Origin: Hyphochytrium catenoides
Taxonomy: Eukaryota; Protista; Hyphochytriomycota
Reading direction: 5' to 3'
DNA length: 41,892 bases
Assembly: GCA_900088475.1 (NCBI GenBank)
Contig: FLMG01000099.1
Location: forward strand, 1-41,892
The notes under the pieces: generated by a model
The model's database searches: none
Seen by the model: the letters and a program-made list of their open reading frames with translations, nothing else
Told to the model about the DNA's origin: nothing
Shown here: piece by piece, positions 1 to 12,700 of the stretch
How the letters are laid out: the number at the start of each line of letters is the position of its first letter
Position numbering within the stretch: position 1 is the stretch's first letter
Position numbers and translations under genes: made by a program

Positions 1-705
1 CTCTCATCTAATGACATTGTCCAATCATCCCATACAAATCCAACAAGGTTATCATCATTAGGTAAGTCATCATGTGACGTCAAGAAGTAGTAACTGAGTC
101 TGGTAGTTTGTACGAGACACAGTTACTCTGCATAAGAACTAGACAACGTGATAACTAGGAAACAGGGTCCCATAAGCCCTCATACTCACTCTGAGCCTAT
201 CAGTAGACCACGTAACCTAAATAAGAGTTGTCTTCAAATCCCATACATTACAACAAATTTGAGACTCACCCTTGGGCTCGCAATAAGTAGAGCATTCTCA
301 TCTAATGGTATTGTCCAATCATCTCATACAAATCCAACAGGACTAGGTGGAGGCCGCGGACAATCGAGGAGTCTGGACCTGGGGGGAGGTGTTGAGAGCC
401 GAAGCTGACAAAAGCTCTGAAAAAGCTCTCAGTTCCAGACTCTACCTCACAAGAAGGAAAAAAAACACAAAGTGTTCCAGAGTTATATTAGCTAGGTGTA
501 TTCTTACAAAGTAGGTTTTCATGGGAAGTGAAAAAACAGTAGCTGTGTCTTGTAGAATAACTAGAACAACTAGACACATAATACCTAGGAAACCAGGGTC
601 CTATAAGCTTTCCGCACTCATTCTGCCATGTCAGTAGTAGACCACGCTAACCTAATTAAGAGTGTCTTCAGAATCCGTTACATTATAACAGTCTGGGTGT
701 CACAT
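1..705 (+). mobile_element. Cluster of diverged LTR fragments (Ty1/Copia-like termini TGTTG...CAACA) with polypurine tract
   Basis: 1-45 and 295-339 are diverged copies, both ending CATACAAATCCAACA. 58-270 aligns by eye with 505-705. GGGGGGAGG (381-389) is directly followed by TGTTGA (390), the usual PPT/3'-LTR junction. The composite LTR is about 400 bp with TGTTG/CAACA inverted termini. Confidence 0.65.
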
Positions 706-1213
706 GTTCATATTTCTTGCCTGATAGGCACAGGTACCCTGTTCTCCCTGAAGTATATAATTGAGTTTCCCTACCCGCCTGCTAGCAATGATCGAGTGAA
801 AGTCATGTTTTGACAATGTGTTACGTGTGCCATGTTTGTTTGACCACCCCTTTTTGGAGATTTTTGCTTTCGCTGAGTGAAACGAAAGCGTAGGGTTTGT
901 GGGGGGAGGTGCTGATACCTAATTGATGGTATCAGGTGTGAGCGTAAAAAGTGTAAGATTGGAGGGTGGGTGGGTCAAGTGGGTATGAAGACGGGTGGGA
1001 GATTAGCATGAGTGGGTGGACACATTTGCTATTAGTTATCAGTTAGCGATTACGCTCTCTTGCGTAACATCTTTATCCGTCTCTGCCTCTTTGGAGGGCG
1101 AGAAGGACAGTCCTCGTGTGTGGTACAACAGGCTATAACAGGTGGCCGACCTTGATTGTTCGATCCCATATTAGCTTCTTCGATGATCGTCTCGTCGTCG
1201 GTAGTGCAATTGG

Positions 1214-1328
1214 TGTTGAAAACTGAAGCTGGCAAAGCGCTGAAAAAGCTCTCAGTTCCTACCTCACAAGAGGGAGAAAACACAAAACAAAGTGTTTCAG
1301 AGTTCTAGTAACTAGGCTTTTATGACAA
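1214..1328 (+). mobile_element. Another copy of the same LTR 5' end, running into an assembly gap
   Basis: TGTTGAAAACTGAAGCTGGCAAAGCGCTGAAAAAGCTCTCAGTTCC... closely matches 390-496. It starts with TG, has no preceding PPT, and is followed by Ns. Confidence 0.65.
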
Positions 1329-1689
1329 NNNNNNNNNNNNNNNNNNNNNNNNNNNNNNNNNNNNNNNNNNNNNNNNNNNNNNNNNNNNNNNNNNNNNNNN
1401 NNNNNNNNNGAGATGCCATCTCTTAGCCATATAGCGTTGCCAAGCGATGTCCTTGCTATGGGAGGAGACATAGCCGAGAAACTGAATTTCCGCGTCTTCT
1501 CGTTGAGCCGCATCACCTTGCGGCGCTTGGGTTTGTCGGCCGTATACTGCCGAAAAGTGGCGGATGTTTCCAATAATAGCGATTGTGCTGGACATTGTTG
1601 ATTTTTGCTATTTCGTTAGGCTTGTTGTTGCTTGCTGAGCGACGAAATGAAGAAAGAGGTCTCTCTTACTGCTGATGTTAGGGGCGCCT

Positions 1690-2297
1690 CATACGGCACA
1701 GTCTCCTTTGAAGGTACTTCTCTAGCTCCTCCTTCCATCTCTTATCAAGGCACAAACAGTTGACGCTTATCATCTCCTCCAAAGTATTAGTAGGAGAGTC
1801 GAGGATGGATTGAATAAGGTCAGAGAGTTCCACGAGCCGGTCCAGACGCCGCGCCGCACCTTGAAGTTGTGGATATCATGGGGGTTGAACCTAATAATAC
1901 ATTGTGGGTTTCTCGAGGAGGCGATAGACCAGGTTGATGGACCGCTCAGCATGGGCTGCTGGCTGCCACATCTTCACATGCTTTTTTAGAAGCCTGCACC
2001 TCAACAAGAGGGAGACAAGTAGTACATCATAGACCAATGAAAAATGTAAAAGGAGTAGGCAGGCGAGAGAGGAGAGACAAGAGGATGGACATCAGAGTTG
2101 GAAGAAGAGCGAGATGACACGTAATTTTAAGACGTGGAGACCTAGGACATATACGCGAGCAGAGCTAGCCGAGGACCAACAAACCTAGGCAGAGATAAAC
2201 GATCGAAGGAGGAACTGTGAAGGAAAGAAGGAAGTAACCAGACTGGCACCACTGGAAAGAAAACAATGAGGATAAGGAGAAGATGGCGGGTAACGAA

Positions 2298-2331
<34 letters not shown>

Positions 2332-5300
2332 GAGAAAGGAGATGATCGAATGTAAGGTTAAATTGGGAGGAGGAATGTCGTGGAACACTGGCTCCCACTA
2401 TTATACTCCACTATTTACAATTCCTCTCAAATGATGTCTTTGAGGCTTCACTGCCATCAGAAAGCATTGACACTAGCCCTGAGTGAGACTCTGGCATAAG
2501 CGGCGGCGCCCTAGGCGTGCTAGGTTACTATGCACCTAGTAGGACGCTAGATGCGTAAGGGGATGAGAACAATGGAAGATAACCAGAATGTGCTGTTATG
2601 TGAAGCAGAGAAGGAAGTGATACAGAGTCTTGAAGCGTGAACTTCGTTCTAGAGGTGTGGCTTCGCCTCAAGTCACACGGAGTGCTTCCTTCAGTTCTTA
2701 CCCTTCTTACATCCTTCTCCCCCCTTCGACTCTTTACGTCCTCTACTACAGTTCTTGCTATCGCACAGGTGGGAAAGGCTTCGAATCCTCTGTACATTTT
2801 GTAGAGGGGATCAAGAAGGAAGCCACGTTTACTCAGACTTGTCCTTCGATACCATGGCGGTGGAGAAAAATCTATCAAAGAAGGACAATTGAAAATGGTA
2901 AACAACATGGTAAACGAAAGGAGAGCCAGTGGATGAGAGAACGATGGGAAAGATAGCAGGAGAGGGGGGGTTAGTAAGAGGAGGCAGGACAGAAGAGAGA
3001 GAGCAGGGCGGTACAGGCAGAGAAGGTATGGTGTGGAAACAGACGAAAAGATGTAGGAAGCAGAGAAAAGAGAGGTTCTGAGGAGATGAGGAGACAGAAA
3101 AGCAACAAAAGAGGACAAAGTGGAGAGAGAAGAAGATAGAGAGAAAAAATGATCACAGAGAAAGAAGCGGTAGGAAGAAAGAGATAAGAAAGGAGAGAGA
3201 AATCGAGAGGGTCAGTAAGAAAGAAGACTCTATAAAGCGAGACCAGGTTGGCTATGCCGTGGAGCAGAAGGGAAAGCGATAGATCGTAGGTGCCGATGCT
3301 GGAGAACTCCATTATTCCACATTCTGTAGCAAAGTTCCTTACTTTTGGGATTCTTCTTGTCGTGAGACTATAAATGGGGCAGCCCAGAGAGGGCGAGCAG
3401 CTCCAGCGTCCAGGAAAGAGGAAAAGAGAGAGCCTCAAGAAGTAAGGGCCATGATGGAAGGACTGAGTGCTTCTTCTGGAAGGAGGAGACTTTGAATGGA
3501 GGAGTGAATGGAGGGAAATGCTAGTCACCCGCGATTGGACTTGGAGTTGCTTCTGTAGAGGTTTCCAGAGCCACAAGACCTCTGCGTGCCACTCCCTCGA
3601 CAGAAACGGCAGGACTTAAAAAATAGGCGAGGAAGGAGGGAGACGCCACTACCGGGTGTGGCAGGAGAGCGCTAGCGCAAGCGGTAGGAGGAAGTGTGGA
3701 GAAGCTTATAACGTTTCGAGTCTTCCACGAACGTGAAACAAACTGGTCAAGCGGCTTGGTTATCCTCTGTCTGATGCAATCTTCTGGGAGCCGAAGAGAA
3801 CCTTCTTCCTTATGGCTAAACTGCCTTCCCTGCCTTTTACGACGACCCAGCCATTTTCTCCTAAACGCTGACAGCCATTCATCGATCTGATTGTGACAAC
3901 AGTGAGACAGCTCTTCTCTGTACTGCTTCCGGAAAGGCCAAAGCTAGATTGGAGGGGCTCTTGGTTATGGAGAGTACGTGGCTAGCAAATCCCTGGCGGC
4001 TTCTACTACCAAGATGACACTGTTTAGGGGGCCCAACTATGGGTTTGGAGGTTAGAGCGGTATTGCCGGACCAACAAGTGTGTCTCCTAAGATACCGAAG
4101 CTCGTATGGCACGTGGAGTAGCTGAAGGAGGTTACTTGCTCAGCTCCGTCGGCATTCAAGTTTACCAGGCGGCACTATTAACAAATTGTCTCTCATCGGG
4201 GGTTACTTTTAAAGAAAGGGACCGCGGTTGTCTGAATTCCAAGAGCATCTATCCTGGACTCTGGTTTACCGGATCGCCCGCGTTGAGATCATCTACTGGG
4301 CCGTTTGGACTGTAGGTAGTCGACGAGAAGGTGGTTGGTAATGATGCATACAAGCTACTAGTCCTACCAAGATATATCAGCCGCATCCCGGTTTCCATGT
4401 CTTAGTGTTGAAGCCTTATCATCCCTCTCCGACCACGAAGAATGGCGACAGGACAAAAAGACCCCTACCTGGTTTTGCCGGAGCGTTAGCTGATGGCATT
4501 CAAACACCCTGTAGTTGAAATCCTAGCAAATCGGACTGGTTAAGTTGCTGTCAGAGACCGTACCTAGTCAAGAAGTGGCTTGGCTGTCCCCTTTTTGATG
4601 CGTCTGGCGGACTGAAGAGAACTTTCTCCTTATGACCGAGCCACCGCTTTTCACAAAATATAGCACCTCTTTTCTCCTCAATCATTGGCACCCATTCAAG
4701 GATTCTGAGTGAATTGAGGCACAAAAACGACATAGAATGAGAGTAATGGAGGAGAGAGGCGAACATCCCTACCATTCCCCCTTCCATTGGCCCTTCTGCC
4801 CTACTAATTAGCAGAGGGAACCACCTTGTGATAAACTGTCTCTCCAGTTAGATAGAGTTGAAAGAGGGAAACGAGACTGAGACACCAAGAAGGACAAAGG
4901 AGAAAGTCAGACAAGAAAAGAAAAGAGAGAGATCGCCCTTCGTCCTGTCGGTCGCATCAACAGGGAGGAAGAAGGCATCTCAGTTGACGAAACCGATGAA
5001 CTTCCTTCACCTCTCTCATTCTCATTAACAGAGAGAGGAATGTAAACCTGCAAGCTTGGGGGGCTAGGTTGAGTTCACTATTTGTCCACCTGATCTGCTC
5101 ATGCTGTCCAACTTCTTGTACCATGCTCCTACATGTCGCAGCACTCTACTTTTCTGCTTTGCTCTTTCACTACTCTATCTCCCTCGTTCTATATCACTCT
5201 TTCACTTCACCTCTTCTTATGATGGGAATAGCGCTATTTCTCCCAAGAACTTGAGTACCGATGATGAAGGATCGAAGCAGAAAGAGAGACTTGTATCTAG
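1690..5300 (-). pseudogene. Decayed multi-exon gene of unknown function
   Basis: Minus-strand pyrimidine-rich intron-like tracts separate protein-like exons. 3581-3529 (VLWLWKPLQKQLQVQSR|gtgact) joins in phase to 3367-3294 (atag|SHDKKNPKSKELCYRMWNNGVLQH), then ~2852-2626 (YRRTSLSKRGFLLDPLYKMY...) and ~1993-1690 (LLKKHVKMWQPAAHAERSINLVYRLLEKPTMYY*VQPP*YPQLQGAARRLDRLVELSDLIQSILD...), with in-frame stops. Some splice sites are degenerate and the boundaries are approximate. Confidence 0.4.
3700..4660 (+). mobile_element. Degenerate Ty3/Gypsy (chromovirus-like) pol remnant: integrase C-terminus, GPF/Y region and chromodomain
   Basis: Across frameshifts it reads DW..LLVM/GEYVASKSLAASTTKMTLF..NYGF (~3947-4046; cf. 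DW..LLP.AEFAYN....ST..TPF..NYG), VTFKERDRGCLNSK...TGPF...VGNDAYKL.LP (~4200-4370), HPGFHVLVLKPY (~4384-4420; cf. HPVFHVSLLKPY), and VEILANR...YLVKKWLGCPLFDAS-WRTEEN (~4510-4625; chromodomain YLVKW.GY....TWEPEEN). The order matches chromovirus integrase. Confidence 0.8.
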
Positions 5301-6796
5301 ATGATTTGGAGACTGAGGGACGGTAGGTAGTAGCTATACAAGTAGCCGATAAAATAAGGGAGAGAATGACAGAAGAGGAAGATGTTGGAGCCAGATCAAC
5401 TTTGGTAGAGTTAGCGAGAGGAAGCGAGCAACAGCAGCGCAGCGAGAGTAAGGAAGGAATCAGCTACTCGGATTGGTCGCAGTAGACACATAATAGGCCA
5501 GAGAAAGGGATTGGTGCGAGGCTGAAGACTCGCCACCGTTGGAAGGATAAGGATATAGAGGAGCAGACTATGTCTAGGAGGAAAAGAAGAATGAGAGAGA
5601 GGGTGGTAGAAATAGAGGGGGAAGGTAGGAAAATCTAAGAGCAAGAATTGAGAGAATGAACAGCCGGAGGTGGAAGAGGGGAAGAAACGAAAGGTCCTGT
5701 TCTATTTCGGCCTAATCTGGCAGGTGCCCATCTACATTCTATTCTTCCACTTCTTCCCTTCGCTTCCTCTTCTCTCTCTCTCTCTCTCTCTTCTCCCCCC
5801 CTCTCTCTCTCTCTTTTCTCTCTCTCTGTCTTCCCGTTAGGGTTGGAGTCTTCCTGAGAAATGTCATGAAGCCGCTCTTGCTCAGCTACAACGTCTGCCT
5901 GCTGGTACGGGTCAGCTCACCGTCTCTCAAAAAGAGGAGCCCTCCTAAGTATGCGCAGCTGCTGTGCGAGAGTGCTCATTACTCTTCTTTCTGGGATATT
6001 TGCAGTTCGGGGGGTTTTCGTCGTTGTGGGGCTTTCCATGCTGTCGAGTAGCTTGCTCTTGAGGAGCCGCTTTCCAGTGGGTTGGCTGTTGGCTGTAGCC
6101 TCTGCTGCTGCAGCCTGGAATCTGCCATCTTCCTTACATTAGCTATTGATGTTGCCAAGGAGAGACCCTGAGCACTGGTGCTCGGTGACAGAGCAATTCA
6201 CTTCCTGAAGCGGGGTGGGTTCTGGGTTCTGCGTCATTCGCTGACATTTTGCCGTTACTGGGCACCTTTACGAGAGAGAGTCCAGCCAAAGCAGCTGCTG
6301 TACGTTGTACAGTACGTTGTAATCCTTTACTTCCTTGGAAGCGCATAAGGAGGAGCCTTTGTGCTGTTGCGTAGCACAGCAAGCAAGCTGTATGAGGAGA
6401 GGTTCCCAGATCTCCTCCGGGAGTAGAATCGAGAAACTTTCTTTTTCATAAAAAGAGAGACTCAAGATGAGAAAGGCTCTAGGCGGAGCAATAACAAGGA
6501 TTCCGAAGGTCACTGAGCAACAGCTTTTCTCTTCAATCCGAGCAGCTTCGGCCAGCAAGGGCAGCGCCAACCTCGGCTCACTGGCATCGCCGCTCCCTCT
6601 ACTGTTCGGCTCCCGACCGAGGACATTCGTACCAAGAAGACGAACGGAAGTAGTCACCAGACGGAGGCCCATTGCGCAAGTCGGATCATATAAAGCTCCA
6701 CTCATCGCACAAGCCCTCCTTCTTCATCTTCTTTTGTTCCTCTGGTGAGTGTGAGTGTGTCAAACCTACGATCGACGGTCCTGGAGACTCTGGAGG

Positions 6797-9700
6797 ATGG
6801 ACTCTGATGAGGTGGAAGAGGACCCAGCTAGCCGATTCGTTGACTATACGAACGCCACTGAATGGGAGGTGTTCGTCTCGAAACTAGAAGATTTAATACG
6901 AAGATGGGGCCTAGCTGACAGCGGTACTTACTTCGGCAGATCTTCGTCCTCGCTCAGCATTCACCATGAACCAATCTCATTGTTCACTACGTTCTGGCGC
7001 TCCCCTCTAAACAAGTGGCTGTCATTTCGATGTGCTCTGTATCAAACGATCTCTGAAGATAGAAGTTGCGTCTCGTTCATTCTGCCCCGCTTTAGATTTC
7101 CATCTCCTTCCACTCACTACTCATCAGCGTCTATCAATCTCTCGATCAAGCATTTGCTGATTATCATGCGTGTCTTCACAAAGCTTGCTTTTTACCTCAA
7201 CACTTATAAGAACAGCCCCTTTCTCTTCCCCTATCTCTCCAACGTGGACCATCAAGCCTAAACCCTTACTCTTCATTGCTCTAAATTGACTGATCGCTCA
7301 CTTGCTCTAGGAATCCCTCCTCCGCTTCCCTCGGAAGAGGATGATTTGAACAAGCCAAAACGGCGAGAGATCGTAGAGCTTGGCGGTACAGGTTACTATG
7401 TTAGTCTTTTCTCCCGAACCGCCCTTTCCACGGAGCAGCCTACTTCGCCATTCTTACCTTCCTTCGAGAATGAAGAGGTTCTTTCAAAGGTATCCTTTTA
7501 TATCTTTGACAGCTAAAGCTTACCACCTCATCAGTTGACTCCCTCCAAGGCCACAGCCCTTGATGAATTCGTTTCACGGCATGAACTTATGTTGCACTGA
7601 AGCTCAATGATTCGTGTCTTGCGGGTCAAGGATGGGGTGCTGCTTTTTCAAGCTTATCGTCCCTCTTTTTCACGGTGGCCGCTCTTTAGCTTGATTGTCA
7701 AAGTGTCACGATTTCATAACTTCTCGATCGTCACCATAGATGCTGACATGGGAGAAAGGAAGAGAGCACATGTCTCCCACAATGCTTCTCCTAGCTCAGG
7801 GACAAGCCGGAACGGAACAGGAAGATATAGGAAGAAATCAACAGCGGCTCGGGCAGGACTTTTCGCTGTGGACGTATAAGGATTATCAGGCAGCTTCCTC
7901 CCTTCATCACTGGTTTGGCGTCAGCTTCTTTCTAGTTATCTCTCACGTCAACGAGACGTCAGACTTTTTAGGAGTGATACCACCCAGCACGGTATGCTAA
8001 CCTTTCTCCTGGCACTCTCGGCCAACGCTCGCTGTAGCTCCAGTAGTTTCTGTTCAGTCTTCTTTGCCCCTGATTTAGTGAAAATTACTTTTCACTTTAA
8101 TGCCTCTTCTCAAGCCGTAATGCTCTGTGCCTGTCTACCCATACATTGTTTGCAATGTAGCAATGCTTACATAACATCACTCATCACCTCATCCCGTTTC
8201 CTTAAGATCTAAATATTTGCACCTTATCTGCCCCTTTTCAGGCGAACCTTCTCCTTTCCTCTCTGTGCCTTGCCCTTGGTCACTGCAATTGTTCTTTGCC
8301 CGCTTTTGTGGCGTTCAACGAGCCCTCCCGTTGCTGCTTCATAGGCACCGCAGTGCCCGGTGCAGCGGGAAACGTGTCACTTCACTTTGAAACAGATTCG
8401 GTGCCAGAGGTGAATTGACTTTTGCTCACGGCTTTCCCTTACCACTATGGTCTTCATTTCACTCTTCTCTTGACCGATTGTCGTTTGGTAGCTCCCCAAG
8501 CGTTTTGGCGTCTCTTGGACTATTGCATTCCACTTTCTAGTGGTGCTATTGTGCCGAACCTATCCTAAATCCAATCCCACCTTGCATTTCACTTTCGTGA
8601 GGTTCTGTCGCTTTCCGGTGCACGCTCCGCCGCTTGTGCTAGTTCTATAATGCCCTGAAGACGATTCATCACCAATCATATCTCAGGTGTCTGGCACTCA
8701 AAATTACCTATCTGGGCTCATCGACTTTTTTAAGATGAAGCTGCAGGTGAGAAGCGGCTGCTCGTTCTTGTATCAAGCTTAAAGTGTTTACCCTTCTGTA
8801 GGCTTCTTACGTTACTTCGTCACTCTCTTATCCATTGCCAGCTCATGCGTCTCCCGTAACACCTCCCATATAACACCCTGAGCTGCTAAGTAAGCTGTTC
8901 CTGTCACGAACTCAAAAGATTCAGGCAGTCGACCAACAAGTAACCACGTCCGCAGCTTTCTATTACTTTTGGCAAGCGCCGTATGACTGGCAGAATAGGC
9001 CGGTAAGGGTGCACAAATCCTCCCATTAGTCAGTGCCAAATAAAAGCGCTGTTAAGATGGTACTCCCTGAAGCGGGTGGCTCAATTGTGATTCATGTTTT
9101 TCGTGTTCCTTCCCTACTTTCCCAAGCCGTGACTAAAGTCTCTCTCGCTCCTTTCATCACTTTGCAGCAATGGGACAATTGGCGAAGTGGAGGGAATCGA
9201 TTATTGGAATCCGTGGCAGAGGGTGAACAGCATTCCTATTCGGAAAGTCAGCTCGCGAAGGAAATACTGGAGAAAGGACTGCACTGGGGACCGGTAAAGG
9301 TCAGACAGACATAACGGCATCGAGATTGCGGTAGAGAGAAAATACTTAGAAACGTACGGTTTAATTGAGGCGTGAGAGATGCGTGGTACACGACTTCGGT
9401 CGAGTCTTCTGCTTTACAAAGAGCTGCGGGAATATTGACAGCCATTAGAAACGCGAAGAAAATGAGAGACAGTATCATTGAAGAGGCCCCATCTGATAGC
9501 TATGACACCATGATAAAGGGTTGCCGAGCGGCTGAGCTCAAACAATGGCAAACGCGCTATAAGAAGGATTCGTTTTTTTGAGCTTGCTAACAACGCTCAA
9601 CTTTCATCAGGACCCTCTGGCTAGCGTAGAACTACAGGTCTCGTGGTCAGGTCTCAGGGAGGGAACCTTCGTTGATAATGCAGTCCATTCGTCTCTGAGA

Positions 9701-12700
9701 CCTATGGAGGCTCCCTCTTGGGAGCTTCAGGCCCGATGGAGGGAAGGTCAAGAGGTAGGGGTGGCTCTCTTCTCTCTTGGCTCGTGCACCCTGCCAGAAT
9801 GAGTGTCATTCTTCCCCTTCTTGGCTCTTGCCGAACCAGTGTCACCCTTCTCCTTCTCTCCCTGGTTCGTGGCTTCGTTCTGCACCTTCTCTAACCCTCT
9901 GCGCAGGTGGAGTCCATTACTCCTCTTTCGACTATAGTCCAGCAGTTCACCGGAAGGATGTTTGACATGGCCACGTCGGAGGAGTTATTGCTCATGGCGC
10001 AGCTGGCAACACGAGAGAAGAGCAGAAGCAGAAATAGACCGGTAACCCTAGGAAGACGTCGATAATCCATCCTGGTTGCTAACCCATTCCGTTTCACATT
10101 TCTAACTATTCTCCACGCGCTATTCTATCGCGTTTACCCCTCTCCTCTAAGATCTTCCACTGCTGCTGCTCGTTTTTTTGATCTTCTGTGTTTCCACCAA
10201 CTGCCGCTCTTTTTGCGCCTTTCTGCTTTTTCGTGGGTTCACTTGGAATAGCTCCCTAATATGTTCACTGGACGCTCAGCTTGTACGGGTCCCAGGAGCA
10301 CAGGCTGCAGCTGCCCTAGGTTCGGCCATTGGCAACATAACCCAGGGAATAGCTTCTGGGGTACTCTAAAAAGCGCCTTTAGTCCCTCTTCTAGACTCCT
10401 TGCCATATAGTTTAGGGCCTCGCTCTATTATATTCAGACTCTTCACTTCTCACTTCTCTTGGCATTGTTGATGATCGGCTCGTTCTCTTGCTCCTACATA
10501 GATCAGCTGCTTCTCTTTCGACTCAGCATGTTAACCCCTACCGACATATACGACAACACAAGACCTTAAATCATTCTATTGAACCTCGCAGCACAGCCGA
10601 AACGAATCTGTACCAGCAATTATTGAGCAACTCTTTGCAGAAAGCTCTGGAGAACAACAAGAAGGTTTGCTATTAGCTGCCCCCTAGATCCTAGATGAAG
10701 TCCCGCCGTCTGCGCTCTTTATCCAAAGCTAAAATTGTTCTACTCTTGCCTCTCGCCGTCGTCTATGTTAGGCGGCGAGTACTTCTCTGGGACCGCTCCC
10801 CCAGGATACCTCGTCTCCAGACTTGTCCTTGAGATGCTGACGATGGGTAAATGCAGTGATTAAGGGTTCTATGTGCCTCTACCTGTAGCCAGGGTACTTC
10901 TTTTGGTCTTTAACTCCTCCCTCACAATTTTATTTTCGATTTGGCTTTGTGTGGCTGTACGTTAAGCTTCTTCCCACTCGTAGAAGCTGTCCCCACAGAA
11001 ACGTCTGATCTTAGAGTGCTTCCCATCCTGCCTCCTCTTTACAGGTGATGCCAATGAAATTGGCTTGCTCTGGTCAGCCTTTGTAGTCCGCCTGCGCCAG
11101 CACTGGGATGAAGCTCGAGATATCCCTAGAATGGTACGTCTGCTTAGAACAACAGCTTTGGCCACCCGAAAGAACGGAAACGAACAGAATGCCCACACAG
11201 TCCTTACATAAGGGGGAAAGGGTTTAGGTATCAAAAGAGGGAAGTGCGAGGACAGAAGGTCCTGGCAGAAAAAGTGAGGTAGTGAGTAGATGATACATAG
11301 CAAGAGCCAGAAGAGGAGTATTCTCTTCCTTCTTCAAAAGCTCATTTGACTTACATGTTCCATGCATTCAGGGTTTTCATTCCACGAGGGATAAGAGTGC
11401 GACACCTCCCCATCCCTCTCTAGACACCTGCATCCTGCACCAAAAGCTCCAATTGCTGAACTGCTGCATCAACAGGTCATTTCCCTTGTCTCTCCCTATA
11501 TATATACCTATTTAGATATCAATTCTTCGATGGCCTCGGTGGCTCGTGTCCTCTCCCTAGATTAATTGTCGTCGGTCCACTCCTAATGCATATCCGTGGT
11601 ATTAAGGTTTTGCGAATACTCTGTTGTCAAGCCTAGACTCTCAGCGCTGAGGATATATTTACAGAGCTACGTCTCTTCTCACGCTGTAATACCTGTCCCT
11701 CCATCTTCCTTCTTCCTGCGTTGTCTTCGCAGACGACGCCACTTGAGAAGGCAGCATTTGCTCGATTCAGAGTCGCAGCAGAAGTCAGCAGAAGAAAGGA
11801 AGGAAGACGAGGGCTGGGGAAGCTCGGACATTGATATAGACACCGACGAGGAAGAAGAAGACGAAGGAACAAAGGAGGGTCACATCGCGTCCTTCCCATC
11901 CTCTGCCTTGGATGGCGATGGAGGCAACGGGGAGAGAGGAGACCTCACGGACAATGACGGTGACAGTGAAGATGGTTTTTTTGATTCCGTTGAAAGTGCA
12001 ACCTATCCAAAAGAGTCAGAAGAAGACACTTTCCGGACGCCCTCCTCGCCGCCTTTAGACGAGAGGAGGACCGAGGACAGTGTACTAGTGGATGAGAAGA
12101 GAAGATCAGAAGAGGGAGAAGGCATTCTCCATCCGCTTGAGGGAATATATGGCTTAGCTTCTGGCCGTCAAATATTCGTTCCCGTCACCCAGGAGCAGCT
12201 CCCTTTGACTGAAGATATGATACATGAGCAGCAACAGGTGCTGGCAAGGTGAGAGAGCAACAGAGACAAGGTTGTAGATCGGGACCGAAGTAGGTGGTGT
12301 TGCTTATGGAGGAGGCCAGAGAACCGTGAGACTTATCCGTATCGCGTGATGAGAAGGGGACACAAGGATGAGAATATTGAGAATTGAAGGGATCAAAATA
12401 TTTGAAATCTGCCCTTTATGGATGAGGGTACGGCTCTGCACCTGGGAGGAGATGGACGTGTCAACGGCTGTGCTTGACCCGACGCATCTTTGTCTATATA
12501 GTCTTGGTGCGAGCACTGAAGGTTCTAAAATCCGTCAGCAGCTGCAGACAGCGTCACTCATTTCAGATATGCAGGCATTCAAGGTGAGGGAGATGCATCA
12601 AAGAGCTGTCAGCTTAATGTGACACTTCAGAGACAGAGCAATATTCCTTTGAAATCACAGACTGACTTCTTTCCAAATAAGGCTGCAAACCCCGGAGCCG

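Noticed and set aside
866-889. Hammerhead ribozyme (CTGAGTGAAACGAAA)
   Set aside because: The core does not match CUGANGA-stem II-GAAA, and stems I and III are absent.
1-1330. CRISPR array or telomeric satellite
   Set aside because: The repeats are long, diverged and irregular, with LTR-like ends; the context is eukaryotic and there are no tandem telomere units.
5841-6750. Separate gene upstream of RAB3GAP1 (ORFs 6268-6705, 6143-6382, 6467-6748)
   Set aside because: No recognisable motif and no phase-consistent exon chain found; it may be UTR or promoter.
10437-10530. Possible non-canonical microexon in RAB3GAP1
   Set aside because: A canonical phase-0 join from 10360 to 10592 (GIASG|HSRNESVPAIIEQLF) explains the reading frame.
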